Below, piece by piece: positions 20,502 through 29,731 of a stretch of DNA of 64,000 bases (positions are counted from its first letter, which is position 1; each line of letters opens with the position of its first letter). The position numbers and the translations under genes are program-made. The notes below the pieces were generated by a model. That model had not been told where the DNA came from and ran no database searches. It was given only the letters and a program-made list of their open reading frames with translations. The stretch is from an uncultured Holophagales bacterium (GTDB lineage Bacteria; Acidobacteriota; Thermoanaerobaculia; Multivoradales; UBA5704), in assembly GCA_963842525.1 (NCBI GenBank), contig CAWJGT010000006.1, positions 128,001 through 192,000 of the forward strand. The letters run 5' to 3'.

Positions 20502-20691
20502 GAAGGAGCCTCGCCGGATGAGCTGGAGCGCCCGCCTGTCCCTGCTCGTCTGCCTCCTGCTTGGCCCCGCTTACGTCGCCTGGATGGCGGGCGTCGAGGG
20601 ATGGCGCGCCCTGGTCGTGGCCGGCCTGGTCCTGCTGGTCGCCGGCTGTGCCGCGCTCGCCCACTGGCTCATGGGGCTGACGCGGCGGTAG
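20494..20691 (+). CDS. Small two-TM membrane protein
   Basis: ATG overlaps the trmB end; two hydrophobic stretches in 65 aa. Confidence 0.55.
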   Translation: MDEKEPRRMSWSARLSLLVCLLLGPAYVAWMAGVEGWRALVVAGLVLLVAGCAALAHWLMGLTRR

Positions 20692-20718
20692 GCTCCCCTG
20701 TCCCCACGGGCGGGTGCC

Positions 20719-20968
20719 TCATTTCAGCTCCACGACCTCGTTCTCCCCGCCGTCCGTCAGGAAGTACTTGAGCCGCTCGTACACGAGCCGCTGAAAGAAG
20801 AAATTCTCCGTCAGGATCAGCACGCTGCTGTCGCCGTTGACTGTGCCGACGACGTCCTCCCACACGGATTCGGCGATGGCCTGGGAGACCACCCGCCCGG
20901 CGCCCGGATCGGTGACGACGAGCGTCTGGTACGGCCCGGCCGTCTTCACTTCGCGGACGAAGGGAAGC
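20719..20968 (-). pseudogene. ArgR-like C-terminal (oligomerisation) domain fragment, N-terminal HTH missing
   Basis: TLVVTDPGAGRVVSQAI...VVGTVNGDSSVLIL resembles ArgR GTIAGDDT; no start codon before the short repeat array. Confidence 0.6.
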
Positions 20969-21037
20969 GATGAGCTTATCTCGTGAGCTGATGAGCTTAT
21001 CTTTGAGGCGATGAGCTTATCTGGTGAGCCGATGAGG
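20969..21037. repeat. Short tandem repeat GATGAGCTTATCT-N7/8, spacing 21/20/21
   Basis: Copies start at 20969, 20990, 21010 and (partial) 21031. Confidence 0.85.
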
Positions 21038-21108
21038 AAATGCCTGCGCCCCTTCAGGGCTCCAGGAAATGGGGGGGCGCGCCAACCTGGCGCTGAAGCG
21101 CCAGGCTT

Positions 21109-22949
21109 GTGCGCCCGTGAGCGCACACGTTCAGAGAGGTGAAAGTCCTCTTCAGGCATACGCTCTCCGGCCTGTAACCGAAGGTAACTGCGTCGCCCAA
21201 AGCGAGGTGGAGAGCAACCGGAGGTGAGAGACCAGTCCGCAGGAGACGAAATCGATTCGGCCTTGTGACCCCGACGAGCCTGCAAGCCACTGGCGAAGTC
21301 TGGACCCTCAAGGGAGACCCATCGAGCTGAGGGGTAGCGTGCGAAAGCGGCGATGGGGGGGCGTAGGGTGATTGGATGCAGAATGGTCTCAAAGGACGTG
21401 TGACGTGAAGCGGGGAGACCTCGGTCGGGCAGGAGACTTGCCGAGGAGTCAGAGTCCTCATAGGAGCTGAGAAGCGCCGTAACGGGCGTGGAGCAAAGGG
21501 GGACAGGGAGGTGGATGCGTGACGACTGGACAAGCGGAAAGCAACCGCGCGTCAGTGCCTGTAAGGGCTAAACAAGCCGGAGAAGTCCGGGGCCGGTGGC
21601 CCTGGGTGGAACCGCATGTCTGGACGGATCGCATGTTGACGGCCCTCGAAGCTGGGGTCCAAGGAGGCCAATGGTTCAGTCTGATCGACAAGGTCTATGA
21701 CTCGCGCAACCTGGACTCTTCCTACCAGCGGGTCAGGCGGAACCAGGGAAGCGCTGGGGTTGACCACGTGACGGTCGCGCAGTTCAGCGCCCACCTCGGC
21801 AAGAACCTGGAGAACCTGGCGGCTAGTCTGAAAGACGGCAGTTATCGTCCGCAGGCGATTCGCCGGGTGTGGATACCCAAGCCGGGTAGCTCCGAGGAGC
21901 GCCCTCTGGGGATTCCGACGGTTCAAGACCGGGTGGTGCAAGGAGCGCTGCGCAATGTCTTGGAACCGATCTTCGAACGGGAGTTTGCAGCCCAGAGCTA
22001 CGGATTCCGTCCGGGGAGAAGTACCAAGGCTGCGCTGCGTCGCGTCTCGGAGCTGCTGGAGGCCGGCTATACCCATGTGGTGGACGCCGACCTGCGCAGC
22101 TATTACGACACGATCCCTCGCCAGGGTTTGATGGCGAGAATCGAAGCGAAGGTATCGGACGGCCGGGTCTTGGACCTGGTGCGTGCCTTTCTCGACCAGG
22201 AAGTGATGGTGGGTCTGGAGCACTGGACTCCTGAGGAGGGAACTCCACAAGGAGCGGTGATCAGTCCCCTGCTGTCGAATATCTACCTGGACCCTCTCGA
22301 CCATCAAATGGCCGAACAAGGTTATGAGATGGTGCGGTACGCTGATGACTTCGTGATTTTGTGCCGTAGCCGAGAAGAGGCCGAGCGAGCGTTGGCGGAG
22401 GTGGAGGAGTGGACGGCAGCCGCCGGTCTGCAACTTCATCCCGACAAGACGCGCATCGTGGACGCCACCCAGCCGGGTGGCTTCGACTTCCTTGGGTACC
22501 ACTTCGAGCGCGGCTATCGCTGGCCGAGCAAGAAGAGCCTGAAGAAGCACAAGGACACGATCCGTTCCCACACCAAGCGCACGCACGGCATCAGCCTGCG
22601 AGAGATCATCCGCCGAGTCAACGCAGTCCGTCGGGGCTGGTTTGAGTACTTCAAACACAGTCACGGCACCACGTTCAAGCCTCTCGACCAGTGGGTGCGG
22701 ATGCGCCTGAGGAGCATCCTTCGCCACCGGCAAGGGAGACGAGGACGTGGCCGGGGTCAGGACCATCATCGCTGGCCGAACGCCTTCTTTGCTGAGCATG
22801 GGTTGTTCTCCTACGTCACAGCCTATGCTCAGGCCCGTCAATCCTCTAGCAGGTAAAACCACCAACTGGAGAGCCGGATGCGGGAGATCCGCATGTCCGG
22901 TTCGGAGGGAGGGGGAGCCGGGAACTCAACCGGCCCTCCCTACCCCTAT
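21109..22949 (+). mobile_element. Group II intron
   Basis: 5' GTGCG at 21109; domain V GAGCCGGATGCGGGAGATCCGCATGTCCGGTTC at 22871-22903; domain VI ending ...CCCTACCCCTAT; internal RT ORF. Confidence 0.9.
21519..22856 (+). CDS. ltrA: Group II intron reverse transcriptase/maturase, no endonuclease domain
   Basis: RPLGIPTVQDRVVQ, SYGFRPGR, GTPQGAVISPLLSNIYL, RYADDF, FDFLGY, maturase X domain. Confidence 0.95.
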   Translation: MTTGQAESNRASVPVRAKQAGEVRGRWPWVEPHVWTDRMLTALEAGVQGGQWFSLIDKVYDSRNLDSSYQRVRRNQGSAGVDHVTVAQFSAHLGKNLENLAASLKDGSYRPQAIRRVWIPKPGSSEERPLGIPTVQDRVVQGALRNVLEPIFEREFAAQSYGFRPGRSTKAALRRVSELLEAGYTHVVDADLRSYYDTIPRQGLMARIEAKVSDGRVLDLVRAFLDQEVMVGLEHWTPEEGTPQGAVISPLLSNIYLDPLDHQMAEQGYEMVRYADDFVILCRSREEAERALAEVEEWTAAAGLQLHPDKTRIVDATQPGGFDFLGYHFERGYRWPSKKSLKKHKDTIRSHTKRTHGISLREIIRRVNAVRRGWFEYFKHSHGTTFKPLDQWVRMRLRSILRHRQGRRGRGRGQDHHRWPNAFFAEHGLFSYVTAYAQARQSSSR

Positions 22950-23067
22950 TATGCCCAGGCCCCTTCGGGGCGGCGGTTTCCTCCAACCGAAGTCGAGCGA
23001 ATCTTGACAAAGTAGTTTCCCACCGCCGTGTGGCGGCCCCGTAGGATGAAACGGGTGCCCCTCTCGA

Positions 23068-23250
23068 GCGCTGGGAGCGCCGGCTTCCAGCCGGCCTCTT
23101 GGCCACCAGGATGGCGGCGCTCTCCCAGCAAATCCTCGAGAGAGGGCGTCTGGAAAATCAGCCCCGCCAGGGGCGACCGGGATTAGCCCGGGATTTCAAT
23201 CCCGGGAACCCAAGCGCATTCAACCCCCGAGCCCCGCCAGGGGCGACAGG
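23068..23250. repeat. REP-like hairpin cluster
   Basis: GCCGGCTTCCAGCCGGC; two copies of AGCCCCGCCAGGGGCGAC around CCCGGGATTTCAATCCCGGG. Confidence 0.65.
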
Positions 23251-23296
23251 AGTCCGACCCGCGCGCCGCGGGATGGGGCGATGGTATCCTCGCGCC

Positions 23297-25051
23297 GTGC
23301 TGAAGCGTCTCGCCTACCTCTGGCCGTACCTGCGGCAACACCGGCGCAAGCTCTATTTCGGGCTGCTGTCGATCCTCGCCTCGGTGATCATGGGGATGAT
23401 TACGCCCCTGCTCATCGGCAGCGCGATCGATGCGCTGCGCACCGAGGTGAGCCGCGGGACGCTGCTCGGCTATGCGGCCCTCCTCCTCGGCATCACCTTC
23501 GTCCAGGGGGTGTTCAGCTATCTCCAACGCATGATCCTGGTAGGGATGAGCCGGGACATCGAATACGACCTGCGCAATCTCTACTTCTCCCACCTGGAGA
23601 CGCAGCCGCCCGCCTTCTACCACGACCATCCCACGGGCGACCTGATGGCCCGCGCCACCAACGACCTGCAGGCCGTGCGGATGCTCTGCGGCCCGGCCAT
23701 CATGTATGGCAGCAACACGTTGTTCACCGGCGCCGGGGCGCTCTTCTTCATGGCACGGATCGACCTCCGGCTGACGCTGCTGGCGCTGATCCCGATGCCC
23801 GTGCTGGCGGTCGCCACCAACTTCTTCGGGCAGAAGATCCACCATCTCTTCTCCCAGGTCCAGGGGAGCTTCGCAGACATCACGGCCCGGGTGCAGGAGA
23901 GCCTCGCCGGTGTGCGGGTGGTGCGGGCCTACGCCCAGGAGGAGAGGGAGAAGGAGGAATTCCAGCACCTGAACGAGAAGTACCTCGAGGAGAACCGGGG
24001 CCTCATCGCCTGGACGGTGGCCTTCCATCCGCTGCTCCAGACCCTGGTCGGCCTCGGCTTCGTCGCCGTGCTCTGGTACGGCGGCGTGCTGGCCGTCCGC
24101 GGAGCGATCACCGTGGGCCAGTTCGTCACCTTCAACCTGTTCCTCGGCCGGCTGGTGTGGCCGATGATCGCGGTCGGCTGGGTGGTCAACCTGATGCAGC
24201 GCGGCACCGCCTCGCTGATCCGCATCCGGGAGGTCCTGGACGCGGTGCCGGCGATCCGCGACGAGGAGCCGCTGGTCGATCCCGGACCGGACCCCGCGGC
24301 CCTGCGCGGTGACGTGCGCGCCGCCGGCCTCACCGTCTCCTACCGGCCGGGCCAGCCGGTGCTGGAGGACGTCGACTTCCAGGTGTCCGCCGGCCAGACC
24401 GTGGCCATCGTCGGCCGCACCGGCTCGGGCAAGAGCACCCTGCTCGCCCTGCTCCCCCGGCTGATCGATCCGCCCGAGCAGACGCTGTGGATCGACGGCA
24501 TCGACGTCCGGCGCCTGCCCCTCGCGCGGCTGCGCGGCGCGATCGGCATGGTGCCGCAGGAGACGTTCCTCTTTTCGACCTCGATCCACGGCAACATCGC
24601 GCTCGGCAGGCCGGAGGCCACGCGCGAGCAGGTGACGGAGGCGGCCCGCCTGGCCGGGCTGGAGCCGGACCTGGCTCTCTTCCCAGAGGGATTGGACACG
24701 ATCGTGGGCGAGCGTGGCATCACCCTCTCGGGCGGCCAGAAGCAACGCGTCGCGCTCGCCCGCGCCCTGCTGCGCGATCCGCGCGTCCTGCTGCTCGACG
24801 ACTGCCTGTCGGCGGTCGACACCCATACCGAGGAGCAGATCCTGCAGAACCTGCGCACCGTGTTCGAGGGCCGGACGGTGTTCCTGGTCTCGCACCGGAT
24901 CTCGACGGTGCAGGACGCCGACCAGATCCTCGTGCTCGACGGCGGCAGGATCGCCGAGCGCGGCACCCACAGCCATCTCATCGCCGCCGGCGGCCTCTAC
25001 GCCGACCTCCACCAGCGCCAGCTCCTGGAGGAGGAATTGGCGGCGGTTTAG
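23297..25051 (+). CDS. ABC transporter fused permease/ATPase (MdlA-like)
   Basis: Multiple TM helices; GRTGSGKS, LSGGQKQR, LLDDCLSAVD. Confidence 0.93.
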   Translation: MLKRLAYLWPYLRQHRRKLYFGLLSILASVIMGMITPLLIGSAIDALRTEVSRGTLLGYAALLLGITFVQGVFSYLQRMILVGMSRDIEYDLRNLYFSHLETQPPAFYHDHPTGDLMARATNDLQAVRMLCGPAIMYGSNTLFTGAGALFFMARIDLRLTLLALIPMPVLAVATNFFGQKIHHLFSQVQGSFADITARVQESLAGVRVVRAYAQEEREKEEFQHLNEKYLEENRGLIAWTVAFHPLLQTLVGLGFVAVLWYGGVLAVRGAITVGQFVTFNLFLGRLVWPMIAVGWVVNLMQRGTASLIRIREVLDAVPAIRDEEPLVDPGPDPAALRGDVRAAGLTVSYRPGQPVLEDVDFQVSAGQTVAIVGRTGSGKSTLLALLPRLIDPPEQTLWIDGIDVRRLPLARLRGAIGMVPQETFLFSTSIHGNIALGRPEATREQVTEAARLAGLEPDLALFPEGLDTIVGERGITLSGGQKQRVALARALLRDPRVLLLDDCLSAVDTHTEEQILQNLRTVFEGRTVFLVSHRISTVQDADQILVLDGGRIAERGTHSHLIAAGGLYADLHQRQLLEEELAAV

Positions 25052-25067
25052 GAAAAAGGATATGCCC

Positions 25068-25976
25068 ATGCGCGTCGTCATCACAGGTGGAACGGGGCTG
25101 ATCGGCAGCGCGGTCGCACGGGATCTGGGGGCTGCCGGGCACGACGCCGTCATCCTCACCCGGAACCTGGGTAAGACGGGGACGTTGCCGCCCGGGGTGC
25201 GGGCTGCGCAGTGGGACGGCAGGACTGCCGAAGGCTGGAAGACCCTCCTCGACGGCCAGACCGCAATCGTCCACCTGGCAGGGGATGCCATCGCTTCCGG
25301 ACGCTGGACGGCGGAGAAGAAGCGGCGCATCCGCGACAGCCGTGTTGCCTCGGGCGGCGCGGTGCTCCAGGCGATTCGCGAGGCGAAGGAGAAGCCGCTG
25401 GCTCTTCTCCAGGGGTCCGCGGTCGGCTACTACGGACCACGCGGCGACGAGCCGGTCGGGGAGGATGCGCCGCCCGGAAACGACTTCCTGGCCGATGTCT
25501 GCAAGGAGTGGGAGGCCTCGACCGCCGAGGCCGAGGCGCTCGGCGTCCGGCGCGCCATGCTGCGCACCGGCATCGTGCTCGCCCGCGAGGGGGGTGCCCT
25601 GCCTCGCATGGCCATGCCGTTCCGGCTCGGGATCGGCGGCCCGGTCGGTAACGGCCGGCAGTGGTTTCCCTGGATCCACCTCGCCGACGAGGTGGGAGCG
25701 ATCCGCTTTCTCCTCCAACATGAAGACGCTCGCGGCCCCTTCAACTTCACCGCCCCCAACCCGGTGACCAACCGCGAGCTCAGCCGCAGCCTGGGCCGGG
25801 TCCTGAGCCGGCCGAGCTTCCTGCCGGTGCCGGGGTTCGCCCTCCGCATCGCCTTCGGCGAGCTGGCCGACACCCTGCTCCAGGGGCAGCGGGCTATCCC
25901 CTCGCGCCTCCTGGCGCTGGGCTACGTCTTCCAATATCCGGAGGTCGAGCCGGCGCTCAAGAGCCTGCTGGATTGA
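25068..25976 (+). CDS. TIGR01777-family NAD-dependent epimerase
   Basis: ITGGTGLIG, SAVGYYG, RTGIVL, GRQWFPWIH, GQRAIP. Confidence 0.9.
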   Translation: MRVVITGGTGLIGSAVARDLGAAGHDAVILTRNLGKTGTLPPGVRAAQWDGRTAEGWKTLLDGQTAIVHLAGDAIASGRWTAEKKRRIRDSRVASGGAVLQAIREAKEKPLALLQGSAVGYYGPRGDEPVGEDAPPGNDFLADVCKEWEASTAEAEALGVRRAMLRTGIVLAREGGALPRMAMPFRLGIGGPVGNGRQWFPWIHLADEVGAIRFLLQHEDARGPFNFTAPNPVTNRELSRSLGRVLSRPSFLPVPGFALRIAFGELADTLLQGQRAIPSRLLALGYVFQYPEVEPALKSLLD

Positions 25977-25978
25977 CG

Positions 25979-26446
25979 ATGCCGGAGGCGATCCGCCAGG
26001 GGGACATCCCCGGAGTCCAACTGCGACGCCGCCAGGACCTGCCCCTCTCTCCCCAGGAGGCCTGGCGCTGGCTGGTCGAGCCGGACCTCCTCGTGCGCTG
26101 GCTGGCCGGGGAGGCCGAGGTGTCCGAAGGGGAGCTCCGGCTCCAGGGCAACCTCTCCTTGCCGGCAGACCCGGACCCGTCGGTCTGGCGCGAGCGGGGG
26201 AGGACGATCGAGCAGGTCCCGCCCCGGCTCTGGGTGCTCGCTTTCGAAAGGTTGGACGCCGGCTGGACCGCCGCCACCCGCCTCACCCTGCGGGTCCATC
26301 CCCATCCGTCCGGCAGCGAGATCGACGTGCTCCAGGACGGCTTCCAGCACCTTCAGCTCTCGATCGGCCTCACCGTCTGGGAAGCCTACCGCCGCCGCTG
26401 GCGCGACGCCCTCGCCCGCCTGGCCGAAGCGGTGCTGGACACATAG
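25979..26446 (+). CDS. SRPBCC/AHSA1-like domain protein
   Basis: SPQEAWRWLVEPDLLVRW and C-terminal WRDALARL pattern. Confidence 0.7.
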   Translation: MPEAIRQGDIPGVQLRRRQDLPLSPQEAWRWLVEPDLLVRWLAGEAEVSEGELRLQGNLSLPADPDPSVWRERGRTIEQVPPRLWVLAFERLDAGWTAATRLTLRVHPHPSGSEIDVLQDGFQHLQLSIGLTVWEAYRRRWRDALARLAEAVLDT

Positions 26447-26458
26447 GGGGGTGAGGAC

Positions 26459-26486
26459 AAAAAGGCCCCGGTATCAACCGGGGCCT
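26459..26486 (-). terminator. Intrinsic terminator downstream of the TonB-dependent receptor
   Basis: AGGCCCCGG-loop-CCGGGGCCT hairpin followed by a T-run on the minus strand. Confidence 0.7.
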
Positions 26487-26547
26487 CGTACGTCGCTCCC
26501 TTTCTCCCTCTCTCCCGGTACGGGGGAGAGGGTTGGGGGGAGGGGGT

Positions 26548-29508
26548 CTAGAACCGCAGGCCGACCGAGAACCTGAAGGTCCGCGGCTGCTGGTAGAAGT
26601 CTTCGGCGCCATCCGGGACATCACCGAAGTTGGGGCCCTTGGCCCAGTGGATGCCCTCGACCGGGTTGTCGGTCAGCGGGTTGAACGGCCTCATGGTCGC
26701 GTTGTTCGTCGCGGTGAGCAGCGTGGTGTCCACCCGGAGCTTCCCGTGCTCGTTGAGGACGTTCAAGACCTCGGGCTGGAGGAACACTTCGACGTCTTGG
26801 CCGAACGTCTTCCACTGGAAGGAATAGTTCAACGACAGGTCCGTCGCGGTGATGGTGTCGGTGTGGTAGGCGTCGCGCGCCGAGAAGAAGTACACCACGT
26901 TCGCGGGCGGGACCGCATAGCCGGGATTGGGCAGGCCGTTGGGCAGCGCCGCTCTCAGCTTCGGATCCACGTTCCCCACGGCACCGTAGGGAACACCCGA
27001 GAAGTAGTTCTGCAGCAGGCTGACGGAGAGCTTGTGGTGGTCGTGGCGGACGAGCTCGTACAGACCCCACAAGCGGAACCGGTGCCGCTGGTCGGTGGAG
27101 AGATCGCCCGACGGGCTGTTCCACGACGCGTCCTTGTACTCGGGGAACTGCTGGATCACCGAGGCGACGGGTCCGTTGGCCGCGGTCTCGCCGTCGAAGT
27201 TGCCGCGCAGATGGGACCAGGTCCAGGTGCCGCCGACGTTGAAGCGGTCCGTAGGCCGGACCTGGAACTGGGTGTGCAGGCCGTCGTACTCCCGCTCGAT
27301 CCCGTCGTCGCTGTTCGCCAGCACGGTGCGGTTGCCGCCGAACGGGCCGACGCTGGTCTGGACGTTCACCCTGCCGGTCGTGAGGTCGGTGCGCAGGGCG
27401 TAGAAGCTCTTTGCCTTGCGGCGGACATAGTCGGTGCGGATCACGCCACGGCGGCCGAGCCGCTTGGCAAGGCCGGCGGAGATCTCTTCGGTGTAGGGCG
27501 ACTCGAGCGAGCCTTCGATGACCGTGGTCACGCCCGGAAGGTTGATGAAGCGGACGTTGGCCGCGCCGAAGCCGCCGGTGTCGTACCAGTTGAAGACCCT
27601 GGCGATCGCCTCCTCGGCGGAGACCAGGTTGGGCGCGTTGGGGTCGGCGTTGATGTCCGGTCCGCGGTAGAAGAACTGGAAGGCGGCCGGGTTGCCGCCG
27701 GCCGAGGAGGCGTCGCCCTGGTTGTTGGCGAGCGAGGCCACGTAATGGCCGTAGTTGAGGTGGAAGACCCAGTTGCCATCCGCCTTCGGGTCAAAGGCCA
27801 GCCCGAGGCGCGGACTGACCCGCTTGTCGTCCGCCACCTTCTGGCCCGCGGCGTTCTTGCCGTCGTTGGCGTCATAGCGCAGGCCGAGGTTGAAGCTCCA
27901 ATGGTTGTTCAGGCGCCACTTGTCGTTGAGGAAGTACGAATTGGTGACGAAGTCGGTGCCCTGGCTGGCGATGTCGATCGGGTTCCATTGGATGAAGGTG
28001 GCGTTGTTGCCGCTGATCAGGCGCGGAAAGAGCTGGCCGTTGCGGATGATCGTGCTGGTGGTGATGATGCGGAAGTCGCTGCCCGACTGATGGTTGTCGG
28101 CCACGCGGATGTCGTTGAAGCGGTCGTAGCCGAAGGAGACGTCGTGCGAGCCGACGGACTCGGAGGACAGGAACCAAGAGCCCTTGGCGAGGATGTTCTC
28201 GTTGTCGCGCTCCTCGGGCCGGCACACGCCGCAGAACGTCGGGCTCCACCAGCGGTAGCCGAAGGTGCCATCGACCAGCAGCGTGCCCCTGATGCGGTCG
28301 GTGAAGCGGGAGCCGGAGTTCTCGAACGTGAACGCGCGCTGCGAGTATTGGCCCTCGACGAAGAAGTTGTCGGTGAGGACGCCGGTGTAGTTGAGGGCCA
28401 TCAGCTCCTGCGGCAGGGTCCGATCGACCAGGCTTGCCAGGTCCAGGATCTCGGGCTGGAACCGGTTGCCGAGCTCCTCCTCATCGATCTTGATGTAGGA
28501 GCCGATCAGGCGGTGGCCCGCGAAGGGCGAGAGGGTCAGCTTGCCTTCGTACCGCTGCTCGTCGGAGATGTGAGGGAACGCAATGTCGGTGAGGAAGGTC
28601 TGGAAGTTCTCTTCCTCATTGAAGTCGCGGCCGGCGAGGAAGTACCAGATCTTGTCCTTCCAGAGATAGCCGCCGAGCGTGGCCTCGTACCGCTTGTTGA
28701 CCTTGTCCGCCAGCTCGTCGGTGGTCGGCGTCTTGGCCTCCCAGCTCTCGTTGGTGAAGGCGGTGCGGAAGGTCCCGTGCATCTCGTTGCCGCCGGACTT
28801 GGTGAGGACGTTGACCACGCCGCCGCCGAAGCGGCCGTATTCAGCCGAGATCCCCGACACCGAGGTCGTCGTCTCCTCGAGGGCGTCCTCGATGAACAGG
28901 CTGAGCGGTTGGCCGCGCAGGTTCTCGTTGATCACCACGCCATTGACCAGGAACAGGCTCTCGTACGAGAGGGAGCCCGCGATGCTGATGCCGGCCCGGC
29001 GGGGGTTGCCGCCCGGTCCGGTACTGGAGACACCGGGGGTCAGCAGCACGGCTTCGCGGATCTCGCGCTCGACCGGCAGCGCTTCGACGAAGCTTTTCTC
29101 ATAGGTCGACGAGGCCTGCGGCGTCGTCGAGATCGTCTCGTAGGTCCCGGTGACCACGATCTCCTCCGACACGGACGAAGGCGACATGTCCGCATCGAGC
29201 TGCGTGTTCTGGGCCGCCGAGATCTTCACATCCTGCTGGGGCGAGAGGAACCCCTCCAGCTCGAAGCTGATCCGGTAGGGGCCCGGCGGCAGGAAGGGAA
29301 TTGTGTAATCTCCGTTCTCGCTGGTGGTCGCGGTCCGGGTCCCCTGCAGGCTCGGGGAGGAGGCTGTCACCAGCACTCCGGGCAGCGCTTCTCCGTCGGC
29401 CGTCATCACCCGGCCCGACAGAGTGCCTGTCGGAACGCCCTGGGAGACCGCCGGCAGAGCCATCAGCAGAGCGCAGAGCAGGCTCAGGACGAAGGCTCTG
29501 ACTCTCAT
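26548..29508 (-). CDS. TonB-dependent receptor with N-terminal carboxypeptidase-regulatory-like domain (Oar-like)
   Basis: Signal peptide; SAEYGRFGGGVVNVLTKSG plug motif; LGLRYD; C-terminal PRTFRFSVGLRF. Confidence 0.92.
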   Translation of the reverse strand: MRVRAFVLSLLCALLMALPAVSQGVPTGTLSGRVMTADGEALPGVLVTASSPSLQGTRTATTSENGDYTIPFLPPGPYRISFELEGFLSPQQDVKISAAQNTQLDADMSPSSVSEEIVVTGTYETISTTPQASSTYEKSFVEALPVEREIREAVLLTPGVSSTGPGGNPRRAGISIAGSLSYESLFLVNGVVINENLRGQPLSLFIEDALEETTTSVSGISAEYGRFGGGVVNVLTKSGGNEMHGTFRTAFTNESWEAKTPTTDELADKVNKRYEATLGGYLWKDKIWYFLAGRDFNEEENFQTFLTDIAFPHISDEQRYEGKLTLSPFAGHRLIGSYIKIDEEELGNRFQPEILDLASLVDRTLPQELMALNYTGVLTDNFFVEGQYSQRAFTFENSGSRFTDRIRGTLLVDGTFGYRWWSPTFCGVCRPEERDNENILAKGSWFLSSESVGSHDVSFGYDRFNDIRVADNHQSGSDFRIITTSTIIRNGQLFPRLISGNNATFIQWNPIDIASQGTDFVTNSYFLNDKWRLNNHWSFNLGLRYDANDGKNAAGQKVADDKRVSPRLGLAFDPKADGNWVFHLNYGHYVASLANNQGDASSAGGNPAAFQFFYRGPDINADPNAPNLVSAEEAIARVFNWYDTGGFGAANVRFINLPGVTTVIEGSLESPYTEEISAGLAKRLGRRGVIRTDYVRRKAKSFYALRTDLTTGRVNVQTSVGPFGGNRTVLANSDDGIEREYDGLHTQFQVRPTDRFNVGGTWTWSHLRGNFDGETAANGPVASVIQQFPEYKDASWNSPSGDLSTDQRHRFRLWGLYELVRHDHHKLSVSLLQNYFSGVPYGAVGNVDPKLRAALPNGLPNPGYAVPPANVVYFFSARDAYHTDTITATDLSLNYSFQWKTFGQDVEVFLQPEVLNVLNEHGKLRVDTTLLTATNNATMRPFNPLTDNPVEGIHWAKGPNFGDVPDGAEDFYQQPRTFRFSVGLRF

Positions 29509-29585
29509 GAAAACCTCTCTTTCCGAAATCGTGCCCCTCGCCTGAATGCGAGAGGGCAACACAGAAGATGAATGACAAACTAACT

Positions 29586-29601
29586 GGCAATTGTCGTGCC
29601 G
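29586..29601 (-). promoter_or_regulatory. Sigma-54 (-24/-12) promoter
   Basis: Minus strand CGGCACGACAATTGC, i.e. GG-N10-GC, about 80 bp upstream of the receptor start. Confidence 0.7.
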
Positions 29602-29731
29602 CGCCGGTCAGAAGTCAACCCTCGATCAAGGTTCCAAACAAGCCGTTCCCGTTCAGGCACTTAGCGGCACAGCGGGCGTGGCGGCCTGCCACTGGCGATC
29701 CAGATTTTTGATTTGATCCGGTAGGTTGGAT

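Noticed and set aside
21519-22856. Retron or defence RT
   Set aside because: The maturase domain and intron RNA boundaries identify a group II intron.
26533-29571. 1012-aa plus-strand ORF, and similar long ORFs at 6443, 42800, 46222, 54643, 58100 and 61683
   Set aside because: Antisense shadow ORFs of real high-GC genes, with no recognisable motifs.
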